A stretch of 45,086 nt of DNA, taken from the NCBI GenBank assembly GCA_900549975.1, contig URQK01000002.1, positions 1 to 45,086 on the forward strand, in the 5' to 3' direction. Under the pieces are notes generated by a model, which worked only from the letters and a program-made list of their open reading frames with translations, was not told the origin of the DNA and did not search any database. Shown one piece after another: positions 34,772 to 44,316 of this stretch. The DNA is from an uncultured Mollicutes bacterium. Lineage in GTDB: Bacteria; Bacillota_I; Bacilli_A; RFN20; CAG-826. Position 1 is the stretch's first letter; each line of letters opens with the position of its first letter. Both the position numbers and the translations under genes were made by a program.

Positions 34772-36862
34772 ATGAAACTTGTAATTGTTGAATCTCCAAC
34801 GAAATGCCATACTATAGGTAAATATTTAGGTGATGAATATAAGGTCATGGCATCATTAGGTCATGTTCGTGATTTATCTATAAAAGGAAAAAGCGGACTT
34901 GGCATTGATATTGAACATGGTTTTAAGCCAACATATGAAGTACAGCCTAAGCAAATGGGTGTTGTTCGTGATTTAAAGAAAAATGCTAAAGAAGCTGATG
35001 AAGTTATAATTGCAACCGACCCGGACCGTGAAGGGGAAGCTATTGGTTGGCATTTAGCGGATTTATTGGGATTAGATATAAATACAACAAAACGTTTAGA
35101 ATTTCATGAAATTACAAGAACGGCAATTACTAATGCTTTAAGTCATCCACGCACTATTGATATGAATCTAGTTGCTTCTCAAGAAACACGAAGAATATTA
35201 GATCGTATTATTGGTTTTAAATTATCATCTTTATTACAAAATAAGATTAAATCTCGCTCAGCGGGTCGAGTTCAATCTTCTTCATTAAAGTTGTTAGTGG
35301 ATCAAGAAAAACTAATTAACGAATTTGTTCCCGAAGAATATTGGACGATGAATGTTGATTTAGTTAAGGAAAATATAAAACTTACTGCAACATTAAGCGG
35401 CGAATCAAAAGTTAAATCCGAAGAAGAAGCTATTAAAATAGAAAATAGTTTAGGCAATACTGCAAAAGTTATTTCTATTGACAAAGTTCGTAAAGTAACA
35501 GAATCTAAACCACCTTTTACAACTTCAACTATGCAACAAGAAGCATTTAATCGTTATAAATTTTCTACTAAAAAGACTGCAATGGTAGCTCAAAAATTAT
35601 ATGAAGGTATTCAATTGGATACCGAAACAGCAGGTCTTATTACATATATGCGTACTGATTCCGCTCGTTTAGCACCACAATTTGTAGAAAAAGCACAATC
35701 TTACATTAGTGAAAACTTTGGTGAAAATTATGTTGGAAAAACTAAAGCAAACAAAAATAAAAATGCTATTCAAGATGCTCATGAAGCAATTCGTCCAACA
35801 TCGTTAACAAGAACGCCAGAATCAATTAAAAAATATTTAACTAACGATGAATATAAGCTTTATAGTTTAATTTATAATCGTGCTTTAGCTTCTTTAATGA
35901 GTGCTAAAATTGATGAAGTAACAACTGTTAAATTTAATTCTAATGGAGTTGAATTAAAAGTTAGTGGTGTTGTGAATGTATTTAATGGTTATAACGCTTT
36001 ACTTAAGAGTAAAGATGAGGATGTTAAAGTTCTTCCTAATATTGAAGTTGGTGAAGTATTTGAAGTTCAAGATATAGTTAAAGAGCAACACTTTACTAAA
36101 GCTCCAGCAAGATTTTCAGAAGCTAAACTTGTTAAAACTATGGAAGAAGTCGGCATTGGAAGACCATCAACATATGCTTCTACGATTGAAATTTTAAAAG
36201 CAAGAAAATATGTTAATGTTGAATCAGGAATCTTAATTCCAACAGAACAAGGACTAAAAACGGATAACTTATTAGAAGAATATTTTACTAATTTAGTTGA
36301 TCCATCTTTTACTGCACAAATGGAAAAGAACCTTGATGATATTGTTGCAGGTAGTGAATCTCGCATTCAATTATTACAAACTTTCTATGATAGTTTTATG
36401 ACTCAACTTGCTTATGCAAAAGAACATATTGAAAAAGCAAAAGATGAACCAAGTGGAAATATTTGTCCAAAATGTGGATCACCAATGGTATTTAAGAATT
36501 CGAAATATGGAAAATTTGAAGCTTGCTCTAATTATCCACATTGTCATTATATTGCTCCAAAAGAAAAAGCAGAAATTCCAAGTGACGCTCCAATATGTCC
36601 GGAATGTGGTTCACCACTTGTGTTAAGAAAAAATAAAAAAGGACAAACATTCTATGGCTGCAGTAATTTCCCAAAATGTCATTACATTATGGAAGATAAA
36701 AATGCCAAAGTAAAAGAACCAATTATTGTTGGAAAATGTCCAGATTGTGGCGGAGATTTAATTGTTAAGCAAGGAAAGTATTCAAAGTTCATTGGATGTA
36801 GCAATTTCCCAACTTGTCATCATATGGAAAAATATATCAAACCAAAGAAGGCTAGCAAATAG
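34772..36862 (+). CDS. topA: DNA topoisomerase I
   Basis: TOPRIM LVIVESPTK and DPDREGE; active-site Tyr in ITYMRTDS; C-terminal CxxC..CxxC zinc ribbons (CPKCGS, CPECGS, CPDCGG). RBS AAGGAGG. Confidence 0.96.
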   Translation: MKLVIVESPTKCHTIGKYLGDEYKVMASLGHVRDLSIKGKSGLGIDIEHGFKPTYEVQPKQMGVVRDLKKNAKEADEVIIATDPDREGEAIGWHLADLLGLDINTTKRLEFHEITRTAITNALSHPRTIDMNLVASQETRRILDRIIGFKLSSLLQNKIKSRSAGRVQSSSLKLLVDQEKLINEFVPEEYWTMNVDLVKENIKLTATLSGESKVKSEEEAIKIENSLGNTAKVISIDKVRKVTESKPPFTTSTMQQEAFNRYKFSTKKTAMVAQKLYEGIQLDTETAGLITYMRTDSARLAPQFVEKAQSYISENFGENYVGKTKANKNKNAIQDAHEAIRPTSLTRTPESIKKYLTNDEYKLYSLIYNRALASLMSAKIDEVTTVKFNSNGVELKVSGVVNVFNGYNALLKSKDEDVKVLPNIEVGEVFEVQDIVKEQHFTKAPARFSEAKLVKTMEEVGIGRPSTYASTIEILKARKYVNVESGILIPTEQGLKTDNLLEEYFTNLVDPSFTAQMEKNLDDIVAGSESRIQLLQTFYDSFMTQLAYAKEHIEKAKDEPSGNICPKCGSPMVFKNSKYGKFEACSNYPHCHYIAPKEKAEIPSDAPICPECGSPLVLRKNKKGQTFYGCSNFPKCHYIMEDKNAKVKEPIIVGKCPDCGGDLIVKQGKYSKFIGCSNFPTCHHMEKYIKPKKASK

Positions 36863-36918
36863 TCTTCTTTTTATATGAGTTTAAGCAAAGTTATGCTATA
36901 TTAATAAAGGTGATTAAT

Positions 36919-38205
36919 ATGAAAAAAGTAATAGTTGTAGGAGCTGGATTAGCAGGTGTAGAAGCTACATATTTTTTAATAAATAAAGGCGTTAAAGTAG
37001 ATTTATATGAACAAAGACCGATTAAAAATACTGGCGCCCATCATAGCGCTAATTTTGCAGAATTAGTTTGTTCTAATTCTTTAAAGTCTAATAATTTAGA
37101 TAATGCTTGTGGGTTATTAAAAAGTGAAATGCGCTTGATGAATAGTTTAACTATGCAAATTGCTGATGAAACAAGAGTGCCTGCCGGTAATGCTTTAGCG
37201 GTTGATCGTGATTTGTTTGCAAGTAAAATTACCGAAATAATTAAGAATCATCCTTTAGTTAATTTTCATAATGAAGAATATGTTGATTTTGATTCTAATG
37301 CTTTAATCATTGTTGCGACTGGACCATTATCAAGTGAAAATATTATTCAAAAACTAGAAACTATTACAGGAGAAAAAATGTTTTCGTTTTTTGATGCCTG
37401 CGCTCCAATTGTGGAAAAAAGTAGTATTGATTTTACTAAAGCATATTATAAATCTCGCTATGAACAAGGCGATAATAGTTACATTAATTGCGCTATGAAT
37501 AAAGAAGAATATGAAAAATTCTATGATGCTTTAATAAATGCTGAACTTGCCGAACTACATGATTTTGATAAAAAATATTTTGAAGGTTGTATGCCGATTG
37601 AAGCAATGGCAAGAAGAGGAGAAAAAACTTTACGCTATGGTCCTTTAAAGCCAATGGGATTAAGAAGAACCCCGGAAGATCGTCCATATGCCGTTGTACA
37701 ATTAAGACAAGATAATGTCATTGGTAGTTTATATAATATCGTTGGTTTTCAAACTAATTTAACTTATAGCGAACAAAAAAGAGTTTTTTCCCTTATTCCA
37801 GGATTAGAAAATGCTAAATATGTTCGATATGGCTTAATGCATCGTAATACTTATATTTGTGCTCCAAAACATTTGAACAAAGATTTATCGCTTAAAAATG
37901 CGCCATCTATTTTTATTGCTGGACAATTATCGGGAGTAGAAGGATATGTGGAAAGTGCATGTTCAGGTATTATTGCGGCATTAAGTGTTTATAAAAGATT
38001 AAAAGAAGAAGAATTTATTGCTCCACCAATAAATACAATGATTGGTGCTTTATTAAATTACTTAGCAATATGTTCTCCAAGTGATTTTTCACCAATGAAC
38101 GCTAATTATGGAATTGTGCCGCGTGATACTAAACTTGAAAAAATTGAAGTAAGTAATATTGCTCTTGCTTCATTAAAAGACTGGTGGAGTCATAATTATG
38201 AGTGA
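36919..38205 (+). CDS. trmFO: methylenetetrahydrofolate--tRNA-(uracil-5-)-methyltransferase
   Basis: Start moved to ATG 36919. FAD motif VIVVGAGLAGVEA; TrmFO/Gid-like throughout; canonical position after topA. Confidence 0.92.
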   Translation: MKKVIVVGAGLAGVEATYFLINKGVKVDLYEQRPIKNTGAHHSANFAELVCSNSLKSNNLDNACGLLKSEMRLMNSLTMQIADETRVPAGNALAVDRDLFASKITEIIKNHPLVNFHNEEYVDFDSNALIIVATGPLSSENIIQKLETITGEKMFSFFDACAPIVEKSSIDFTKAYYKSRYEQGDNSYINCAMNKEEYEKFYDALINAELAELHDFDKKYFEGCMPIEAMARRGEKTLRYGPLKPMGLRRTPEDRPYAVVQLRQDNVIGSLYNIVGFQTNLTYSEQKRVFSLIPGLENAKYVRYGLMHRNTYICAPKHLNKDLSLKNAPSIFIAGQLSGVEGYVESACSGIIAALSVYKRLKEEEFIAPPINTMIGALLNYLAICSPSDFSPMNANYGIVPRDTKLEKIEVSNIALASLKDWWSHNYE

Positions 38206-39109
38206 TGAAATTAGCATGTATAAAGAATATCTAAAATTAGAAAAAGGATATTCGGATAAAACAATTGAAAGCTATTTAGAAGATATAAAAAAGTTTTATA
38301 AATATTCCGAAAAAAGGGGATTTAATCCTTTAAAAGTTTCTAATCTTACGATTCGTGGCTTTTTAAGCGATGAAAGACTTAATAATATTTCTAAACGTAC
38401 TTTGAAAAGAAGACTAAGCGGATTAAGAAGTTTTTATGATTATTTAGAAAAAAACAAATATGTAAAATTCAATCCTTTTGTAGCGGTAACTTCACCTAAA
38501 GCCGATATTAAATATCCAAAAGTTTTATTTGATGATGATGTAGAAAAACTTTTAAAAGCTAACTTAGAAAGAAAAGATGAGCTAATGGAAAGAGATCAAG
38601 CCATTCTTGAACTTCTTTATGCTTCGGGATTTCGTGGCTCAGAATTAGTAAATATTAATGTTAGCGATGTCGACTTTCGTGGAAGAATTATTAAAGTTCT
38701 TGGTAAAGGATCAAAAGAAAGAATTGTTCCTTTTTCCGTAGAATGCCAAAAAGCATTAAATACTTATTACAAAGATTTAAGACCAAAATTATTACTTAAA
38801 TCTACAAGTGAAGAAATATCTACGAAATTATTTTTAAATAGTAAAGGCGAAAAATTGACTTTGCGTGGTTTAGAATATATTTTGCATCAAATAGAAAATA
38901 AAACGGGAATATTTTTAGGGCTTCACCCGCATATGCTTCGTCATACTTTTGCCACAGGACTTTTAGAACGAGGCGCAGATTTAAGAGTAATTCAAACGAT
39001 GCTAGGACACGCGTCTATTTCTACAACGCAAATCTATACGCATGTAACTACAGAGGCAATGAAAAAAGAATATAATGAAGCTCATCCCCGTGCAAAGATA
39101 AAAAAATGA
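38198..39109 (+). CDS. xerC: tyrosine recombinase XerC
   Basis: Catalytic residues in ASGFRGSEL, HMLRHTFAT, LGHASISTTQIYTH. Overlaps the trmFO stop by 8 nt. Confidence 0.9.
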   Translation: MSDEISMYKEYLKLEKGYSDKTIESYLEDIKKFYKYSEKRGFNPLKVSNLTIRGFLSDERLNNISKRTLKRRLSGLRSFYDYLEKNKYVKFNPFVAVTSPKADIKYPKVLFDDDVEKLLKANLERKDELMERDQAILELLYASGFRGSELVNINVSDVDFRGRIIKVLGKGSKERIVPFSVECQKALNTYYKDLRPKLLLKSTSEEISTKLFLNSKGEKLTLRGLEYILHQIENKTGIFLGLHPHMLRHTFATGLLERGADLRVIQTMLGHASISTTQIYTHVTTEAMKKEYNEAHPRAKIKK

Positions 39110-39182
39110 CGGCAAATATTTACTATTTGTTGATAATTATTCAATAATGTTGTATCATTTTTTTGGAAACGGAGGAAAAAAT

Positions 39183-39647
39183 ATGTCAAATAAAGTAAAA
39201 GGTTATGTGCTTGGAATTTTAGCTTCTTTGGCTGTAGTGGCTCTTTGGATTGTTCTTTATGTTTTTGCTGGTATTATTGCTGGATATATTGGTGCATTGA
39301 TGGCATTATCAATTATCATGATTTATAAAAAATTCAATCCAGAAGATAATAGCAATGTTATTTACTTTGTTGCTTCAGTTATCGGATTATTTGAAATTTT
39401 CATTGCAGAATTTGCAAGTGTTGGTATTATGTGCGCTATGAACAATAAAGATTTTGGCAGTGAAGTGGCAAATTCTTTTGTTGGCATAGTACTTGATGTT
39501 GTTGTTGCGATAATTTTATCGGCTTTAGTTTTATTCTATTACATTAGACAACAAACTAAAAAAGCAGAAACTCGTAAAGTAGAAAGTACAGTTTCACCAG
39601 TAGAAAACACTGAAACAAGTGAAGAAACAAACGAAAGTGAGAAATAA
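39183..39647 (+). CDS. small membrane protein (about 4 TM), unknown function
   Basis: Start moved to ATG 39183 (GGAGGA upstream). Hydrophobic helices, then an acidic S/T/E-rich tail. Confidence 0.75.
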   Translation: MSNKVKGYVLGILASLAVVALWIVLYVFAGIIAGYIGALMALSIIMIYKKFNPEDNSNVIYFVASVIGLFEIFIAEFASVGIMCAMNNKDFGSEVANSFVGIVLDVVVAIILSALVLFYYIRQQTKKAETRKVESTVSPVENTETSEETNESEK

Positions 39648-39649
39648 TC

Positions 39650-40060
39650 ATGGATTTCAAGCAAACTAAAGATGAACTAATTACACAAGGATTAATTTCA
39701 TCTACTGAAGATTTGATTTTATGTGAAGACGCTCCTAGTAATTTTGACGTTATTATGGGTGGAGCGTTAGGCGCGGCTTTAACTGCAAATAAGCGTAAAG
39801 TATATGCTTTAACTCTTGATGATAATCGTATCCAACTTTTTTATTTAGACAAGAAAACTTTAAAATACTTAAATTTAGTTGAACGCTATAACATTAGCGA
39901 TTTAAAGAAAATAAAAGTAAGTACTTTTTTAGGCTATCAAGTTATATTTAAAACCAGTGAACACACTATTAATTTGGTGTCTTCTAAAAAGTATCGAGGC
40001 TTTGATCAAAAAGAGGCTGTTAAGAGTATTTTTAACAAGTTAAAAGCACTAAAAAAATAA
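39650..40060 (+). CDS. hypothetical cytoplasmic protein (136 aa)
   Basis: ATG lies 2 nt after the preceding stop (likely translational coupling). No motif recognised; possibly a PH-like beta fold (speculative). Confidence 0.7.
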   Translation: MDFKQTKDELITQGLISSTEDLILCEDAPSNFDVIMGGALGAALTANKRKVYALTLDDNRIQLFYLDKKTLKYLNLVERYNISDLKKIKVSTFLGYQVIFKTSEHTINLVSSKKYRGFDQKEAVKSIFNKLKALKK

Positions 40061-40068
40061 TTATTTAT

Positions 40069-40095
40069 GGGAAGTGATTTCGCTTCCCGTTTTTA
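40069..40095 (+). terminator. intrinsic terminator
   Basis: GGGAAGTG (40069-40076) pairs with CGCTTCCC (40081-40088, one G-U); ATTT loop; then GTTTTT. Confidence 0.85.
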
Positions 40096-40118
40096 TTTGT
40101 TTAAAAAGCAAAAAAAAG

Positions 40119-40147
40119 TTGCATAGTAATACTTACTATGGTAGAAT
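40119..40147 (+). promoter_or_regulatory. candidate rpsB-tsf promoter
   Basis: TTGCAT (40119-40124), 17-nt spacer, TAGAAT (40142-40147). Leaves a ~110-nt leader. Confidence 0.55.
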
Positions 40148-40262
40148 AACTTGGCCTGAAAAATCAGGACTACACACATCATGGATTCATAGTTCGTGTC
40201 TTAATTACTTAAGGGACTATGTTCGAAGTGATGGAGGAACTAACAAAAGGAGGACTCATAAA

Positions 40263-41192
40263 ATGAGCGAAAAGGAAGAAGAAGTCGTAGTAGAAGAAAA
40301 CGTTATGGAACAAGCTATGCCTGAAGAAGGTACACCTGTCATAACAATGAAAAAACTTCTTGAAGCTGGTGCACACTTTGGTCACCCAACAAGAAGATGG
40401 AATCCAAAAATGCAAAAATACATTTTTGGTGCAAGAAATGGAGTTTACATTATCGATCTCCAAAAAACTGCAGCTAAAATTGAAGAAGCATATGCAGCTT
40501 TAAAACAAATCGTATTAGATGGTGGTAAAGTTTTATTTGTTGGAACAAGAAAACAAGTCCAAGAAGAAGTTATTGAAGAAGCAAACCGTTCTGGTTCATT
40601 CTACATCACAAATCGTTGGTTAGGTGGTACATTAACAAACTTCAAAACTTTATCAAATTCAATCCGTCATTTAAAAGATTTAGAAAAAATGGCTGATGAT
40701 GGCACATTTGATGTCTTACCTAAGAAAGAAGTTGCTCTTTTAAAGAAAGAACAAGAAAAATTAATGAAAAACTTAGAAGGTATCAAAGAAATGCGTAAAG
40801 TACCTAACGCAATCATCGTTGTTGATCCACGTATGGAACACAATGCAGTTGCTGAAGGCCGTAAATTAGGAATCCCTGTATTTGGTATTTGTGACACAAA
40901 TGCTGACCCAGATGAAGTTGATTATGCAATTCCTGCAAATGATGATGCTATCCGTTCAGTACATTTAATCTTAGCAGTATTAGCAGACGCTATCGTTGAA
41001 GCTAAAGGTGGACAAACTATTATTGCTTACACTAAAGATGAAGACGATTCAGAAGTCTCTATGAATGATGCTTTAAAAGAAGAAGAAAAGAAAGTTGAAG
41101 AAGATGCTAAAGAAGATAGACCTCAACGTAGAGCACCAAGAAAAAGAGTAAACAAAGAAGAAACAGCTCCAAAAGCTGAAGAGGAAAAATAA
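40263..41192 (+). CDS. rpsB: 30S ribosomal protein S2 (with acidic N-terminal and K/E-rich C-terminal extensions)
   Basis: Start moved to ATG 40263 (AAAGGAGG directly upstream). [13 protein letters not shown] core begins at codon 29. Confidence 0.93.
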   Translation: MSEKEEEVVVEENVMEQAMPEEGTPVITMKKLLEAGAHFGHPTRRWNPKMQKYIFGARNGVYIIDLQKTAAKIEEAYAALKQIVLDGGKVLFVGTRKQVQEEVIEEANRSGSFYITNRWLGGTLTNFKTLSNSIRHLKDLEKMADDGTFDVLPKKEVALLKKEQEKLMKNLEGIKEMRKVPNAIIVVDPRMEHNAVAEGRKLGIPVFGICDTNADPDEVDYAIPANDDAIRSVHLILAVLADAIVEAKGGQTIIAYTKDEDDSEVSMNDALKEEEKKVEEDAKEDRPQRRAPRKRVNKEETAPKAEEEK

Positions 41193-41194
41193 AA

Positions 41195-42073
41195 ATGGCA
41201 AAACCAATTATTGAATTAATCAAAGTTTTAAGAGAACGTACTGGCGCAGGTATGATGGATTGCAAAAAAGCATTAGAAGAATGTAATTGCGACATCGATA
41301 AGGCTTGTGACTGGTTAAGAGAAAAAGGTATCGCTAAAGCAGCTAAAAAGGCAAGCCGTATTGCTGCTGAAGGTTTAACATTTGTTAAAGCATGTGATAA
41401 ATGTGGAAAAGCAATTATCATTGAAGTTAACTGTGAAACAGACTTCGTTTCTAAAAGTGATGCATTTAATGAATTAGTTCAAGAAACAGCTAGAGTTATT
41501 ATGCACAATAACATTGCTACTGTTGAAGAAGCAAAAGAAAATGCAGAAATCAAAGATTTATTTACTAACGCCACTGTTAAAATTGGTGAAAAATTAGATT
41601 TACGTCGTTTTGAAATCGTTGAAGCTTCAGAAGGACAAGCAATTGGTACTTACATCCACATGAAAGGTAAAATTTCTGTTTTAGTAGTTACTGATAAAGC
41701 TTGTGATGATGTTAAAGGTTTAGCAATGCACATTGCCGCTAATAACCCATTATATATCACAAAAGCTGATATCCCTGCTGATGTATTAGAACACGAAAAA
41801 GCAATTCAAATGGAAGCAGCTAAAACTGATGAAAAATTAGCTGGCAAACCAGAAGCAGTTGTTGCTAAAATTATCGAAGGTAAAGTTAACAAACAACTTT
41901 CTGAAACAACACTTTATGAACAAGATTATTTATTAGAACCAGGAACCACAGTTGGTAAGTTCTTAAATAGTCGTGGTGTTAATGTTGTTAAATTCGTACG
42001 TTACATGGTTGGCGAAGGCATTGAAAAACGTAAAGATGACTTTGCTGCTGAAGTAATGAGCCAAATTAAATAA
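41195..42073 (+). CDS. tsf: translation elongation factor Ts
   Basis: LRERTGAGMMDCKKAL UBA-like N-terminus; EF-Ts core. Confidence 0.95.
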   Translation: MAKPIIELIKVLRERTGAGMMDCKKALEECNCDIDKACDWLREKGIAKAAKKASRIAAEGLTFVKACDKCGKAIIIEVNCETDFVSKSDAFNELVQETARVIMHNNIATVEEAKENAEIKDLFTNATVKIGEKLDLRRFEIVEASEGQAIGTYIHMKGKISVLVVTDKACDDVKGLAMHIAANNPLYITKADIPADVLEHEKAIQMEAAKTDEKLAGKPEAVVAKIIEGKVNKQLSETTLYEQDYLLEPGTTVGKFLNSRGVNVVKFVRYMVGEGIEKRKDDFAAEVMSQIK

Positions 42074-42083
42074 TTAAACTTTA

Positions 42084-42111
42084 AAGAACACTCCTTTTGA
42101 AGTGTTCTTTT
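42084..42111 (+). terminator. intrinsic terminator after tsf
   Basis: AAGAACACT (42084-42092) pairs with AGTGTTCTT (42101-42109); 8-nt loop; T-run. Confidence 0.85.
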
Positions 42112-42130
42112 CATAAACATTGGAGGTATT

Positions 42131-42853
42131 ATGAGTACATATAAACGTGTGTTATTAAAATTAAGCGGTGAAGCACTTGCTGATAAAAATAATAATATGA
42201 TCCTAGAAAATTATAGTCTAGATCAAGTCGCGGCATCTATTAAATTAATGGTCGACAAAGGAATGGAAGTTGCAGTCGTCGTTGGTGCTGGTAATATTTG
42301 GAGAGGCAAACTTGCTAAACAAATTGGTATTGAAAGATCAACCGCTGACTATATGGGGATGCTTGGAACTATTATTAATGCTTTAGCGCTTCAAAGTGCT
42401 ATTGAAAAAACTGGCATTGGCTGTCGTGTCTTAAGCGCTTTAGAGATTAAAGCAGTCGCGGAAACTTATATACGTCGCCGTGCTATTAGACATTTAGAAA
42501 AAGGCCGTGTAGTTATCTTTGCTGGTGGTACAGGTAATCCATATTTTACCACTGATACATGTGCGACATTACGTGCTATGGAAATTGAAGCTGATGCTAT
42601 CTTAATGGCTAAAAATGGTGTTGATGGCGTTTATACTGCTGATCCTAAATTAGATAAGAATGCTCAATTTATTAAAACTATTACTTTTGATGAAATGTTA
42701 AAACGTGAATTAAGAGTTATGGATCCAACTGCAATTGCTTTACTTAAAGATAATCAAATCGAAATACGCGTTTTTGATATGAATGAACCTACAAATATTG
42801 AAAAATTAATTAATGGTGAAGACATCGGAACCACCATAATAAAAGGAGAATAA
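42131..42853 (+). CDS. pyrH: UMP kinase
   Basis: KRVLLKLSGEAL N-terminus and GGTGNPYFTTD motif. Confidence 0.95.
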   Translation: MSTYKRVLLKLSGEALADKNNNMILENYSLDQVAASIKLMVDKGMEVAVVVGAGNIWRGKLAKQIGIERSTADYMGMLGTIINALALQSAIEKTGIGCRVLSALEIKAVAETYIRRRAIRHLEKGRVVIFAGGTGNPYFTTDTCATLRAMEIEADAILMAKNGVDGVYTADPKLDKNAQFIKTITFDEMLKRELRVMDPTAIALLKDNQIEIRVFDMNEPTNIEKLINGEDIGTTIIKGE

Positions 42854-42857
42854 AACA

Positions 42858-43406
42858 ATGGATGAAGAGTTAATCTTAGAATGTATTGAAGAAATGAATA
42901 ATGCCCACGCTAATTTTGAAAAATCATTAGCAACATTACGTGCTGGACGTGTTTCTCCAGCTGCTTTAGAAGAAGTAAAAGTTGATTATTATGGAGAAAA
43001 AACTCCTATTACTTATATTGCTTCAATTACTAATATGCAATCAAATGTCTTAGTGGTAAAACCATTTGATCGTAACGATGTTAAATCTATCGTTGCCGCT
43101 ATTAACGAAGCAAATTTAGGTGTTAATCCAATTAATGATGGAGATTCTATTCGTTTAGTATTCCCAACTCTAACAGAAGATCGTCGTCGTGATTTAGTTA
43201 AAGTTGCTAAAAAATATGGCGAAGAAGCAAAAGTTGCAATTCGTAATATTCGTCGTGATTACAATGACAAAGTTAAAAAGGATAAGGAATTGCCAGAAGA
43301 TTTAGCTAAAAAGCTTGAAAATGATATTCAAAAAGCCACTGATGATGCTGTAAAAAATATTGATGCTTCTGTAGCTAAAAAAGAAAAAGAAATAATGGAA
43401 ATTTAA
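42858..43406 (+). CDS. frr: ribosome recycling factor
   Basis: LRAGRVSPAALEEVKVDYYG and TEDRRRDLVK motifs. Confidence 0.95.
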   Translation: MDEELILECIEEMNNAHANFEKSLATLRAGRVSPAALEEVKVDYYGEKTPITYIASITNMQSNVLVVKPFDRNDVKSIVAAINEANLGVNPINDGDSIRLVFPTLTEDRRRDLVKVAKKYGEEAKVAIRNIRRDYNDKVKKDKELPEDLAKKLENDIQKATDDAVKNIDASVAKKEKEIMEI

Positions 43407-43436
43407 TTCCATTAAGTAATTTCATAATTTATAAAT

Positions 43437-43469
43437 ATTGGAGATTTGAAAAAAAGTCTCCAATTTTTT
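43437..43469 (+). terminator. intrinsic terminator after frr
   Basis: ATTGGAGA (43437-43444) pairs with TCTCCAAT (43457-43464); T6. Confidence 0.85.
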
Positions 43470-43587
43470 ATTACTTTACTAGCAATTACCATATAATTTT
43501 ATTAAAATATATCAAAAAAGCAAAAAAGTTGCTATTTATATTACTACACTATGTGTATAATATAAATAAAGTTAGGTGGTGGCATAG

Positions 43588-44316
43588 TTGAAAAAAGAAT
43601 TTGTACTTCAAAAAAAATTGGACCACATCGCCTTCATTATGGATGGAAATGGCCGTTGGGCTAAAAAAAGATTACTTCCTAGACATTTAGGACATAAAGA
43701 AGGTTGTAAAAGAGTTATAGAAATTGTTCGAGCTTGTTGTGATTTAAATATTTATTGTGTAAGTCTTTATGCTTTTTCTACAGAGAATTGGAAAAGGCCA
43801 CAAGATGAAATTGACCATCTTTTTTACTATTTAGATGATTTCTTTAATGATAATATTCAAGAATTTATTGAAAAAGGTGTTAGAGTTCATTTAATGGGCG
43901 ATATTAATCGTTTACCATTACATACCCAAGAAACAATAAAACGCTCGATGAATATGACAAAAGATTTAACCAAACATGTTTTTAATGTTTGTTTAAATTA
44001 TGGTGGAAAAGATGAAATTGTTCGAGCCGCAATAAGTCTTGCTAAAGACGTTAAAGATAATAAAGTTGATATATCTCAAATTGATGAAAAAGTATTTGAA
44101 GATCATATGATGTGTCATGGTTTACCTCCAGTAGACTTAATGATTAGAACATCAGGTGAGCAAAGAATATCAAATTATATGCTATGGGAATTAGCTTATG
44201 CTGAAATGATATTTCCAACTACACCTTGGCCAAGTTTTACGAAAGATGAACTTATTAAATGCTTAGAGATTTATCAAAAAAGAGATAGAAGATTTGGAGG
44301 GCTAAAAAATGAATAA
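43588..44316 (+). CDS. uppS: isoprenyl transferase (undecaprenyl diphosphate synthase)
   Basis: TTG start with AGGTGGTGG upstream. HIAFIMDGNGRWA, SLYAFSTENWKRP, RTSGEQRISNYMLWE motifs. Confidence 0.92.
   Translation: MKKEFVLQKKLDHIAFIMDGNGRWAKKRLLPRHLGHKEGCKRVIEIVRACCDLNIYCVSLYAFSTENWKRPQDEIDHLFYYLDDFFNDNIQEFIEKGVRVHLMGDINRLPLHTQETIKRSMNMTKDLTKHVFNVCLNYGGKDEIVRAAISLAKDVKDNKVDISQIDEKVFEDHMMCHGLPPVDLMIRTSGEQRISNYMLWELAYAEMIFPTTPWPSFTKDELIKCLEIYQKRDRRFGGLKNE

Noticed and set aside
34603-34848. 81-aa - strand ORF in the dprA-topA spacer
   Set aside because: It overlaps the topA start and promoter, has a low-complexity I/F/L-rich sequence, and has no RBS.
6449-40262. N-terminal extensions in the ORF track (starts 6449, 9126, 12398, 14246, 14633, 15956, 24135, 25061, 26488, 30149(-), 30314, 36910, 39147, 40074)
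   Set aside because: Each has an in-frame downstream start preceded by a proper Shine-Dalgarno that gives a canonical N-terminus (signal peptide, ATP-cone, and so on). The extensions run through terminators or promoters, for example 40074 through the 40069-40095 terminator.
12772-41421. Antisense or alternate-frame ORFs of 60-104 aa in the track (12772-12954, 14287-14505, 15963-16148, 19051-19317, 21205-21438, 22613-22795, 24170-24370, 25171-25407, 27243-27479, 29569-29826, 30430-30633, 32084-32320, 32506-32754, 35302-35484, 36067-36366, 36408-36626, 37493-37687, 40209-40463, 40667-40897, 41107-41421)
   Set aside because: All lie inside well-supported genes. They lack an RBS and have low-complexity or odd composition. 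They are shadow ORFs.
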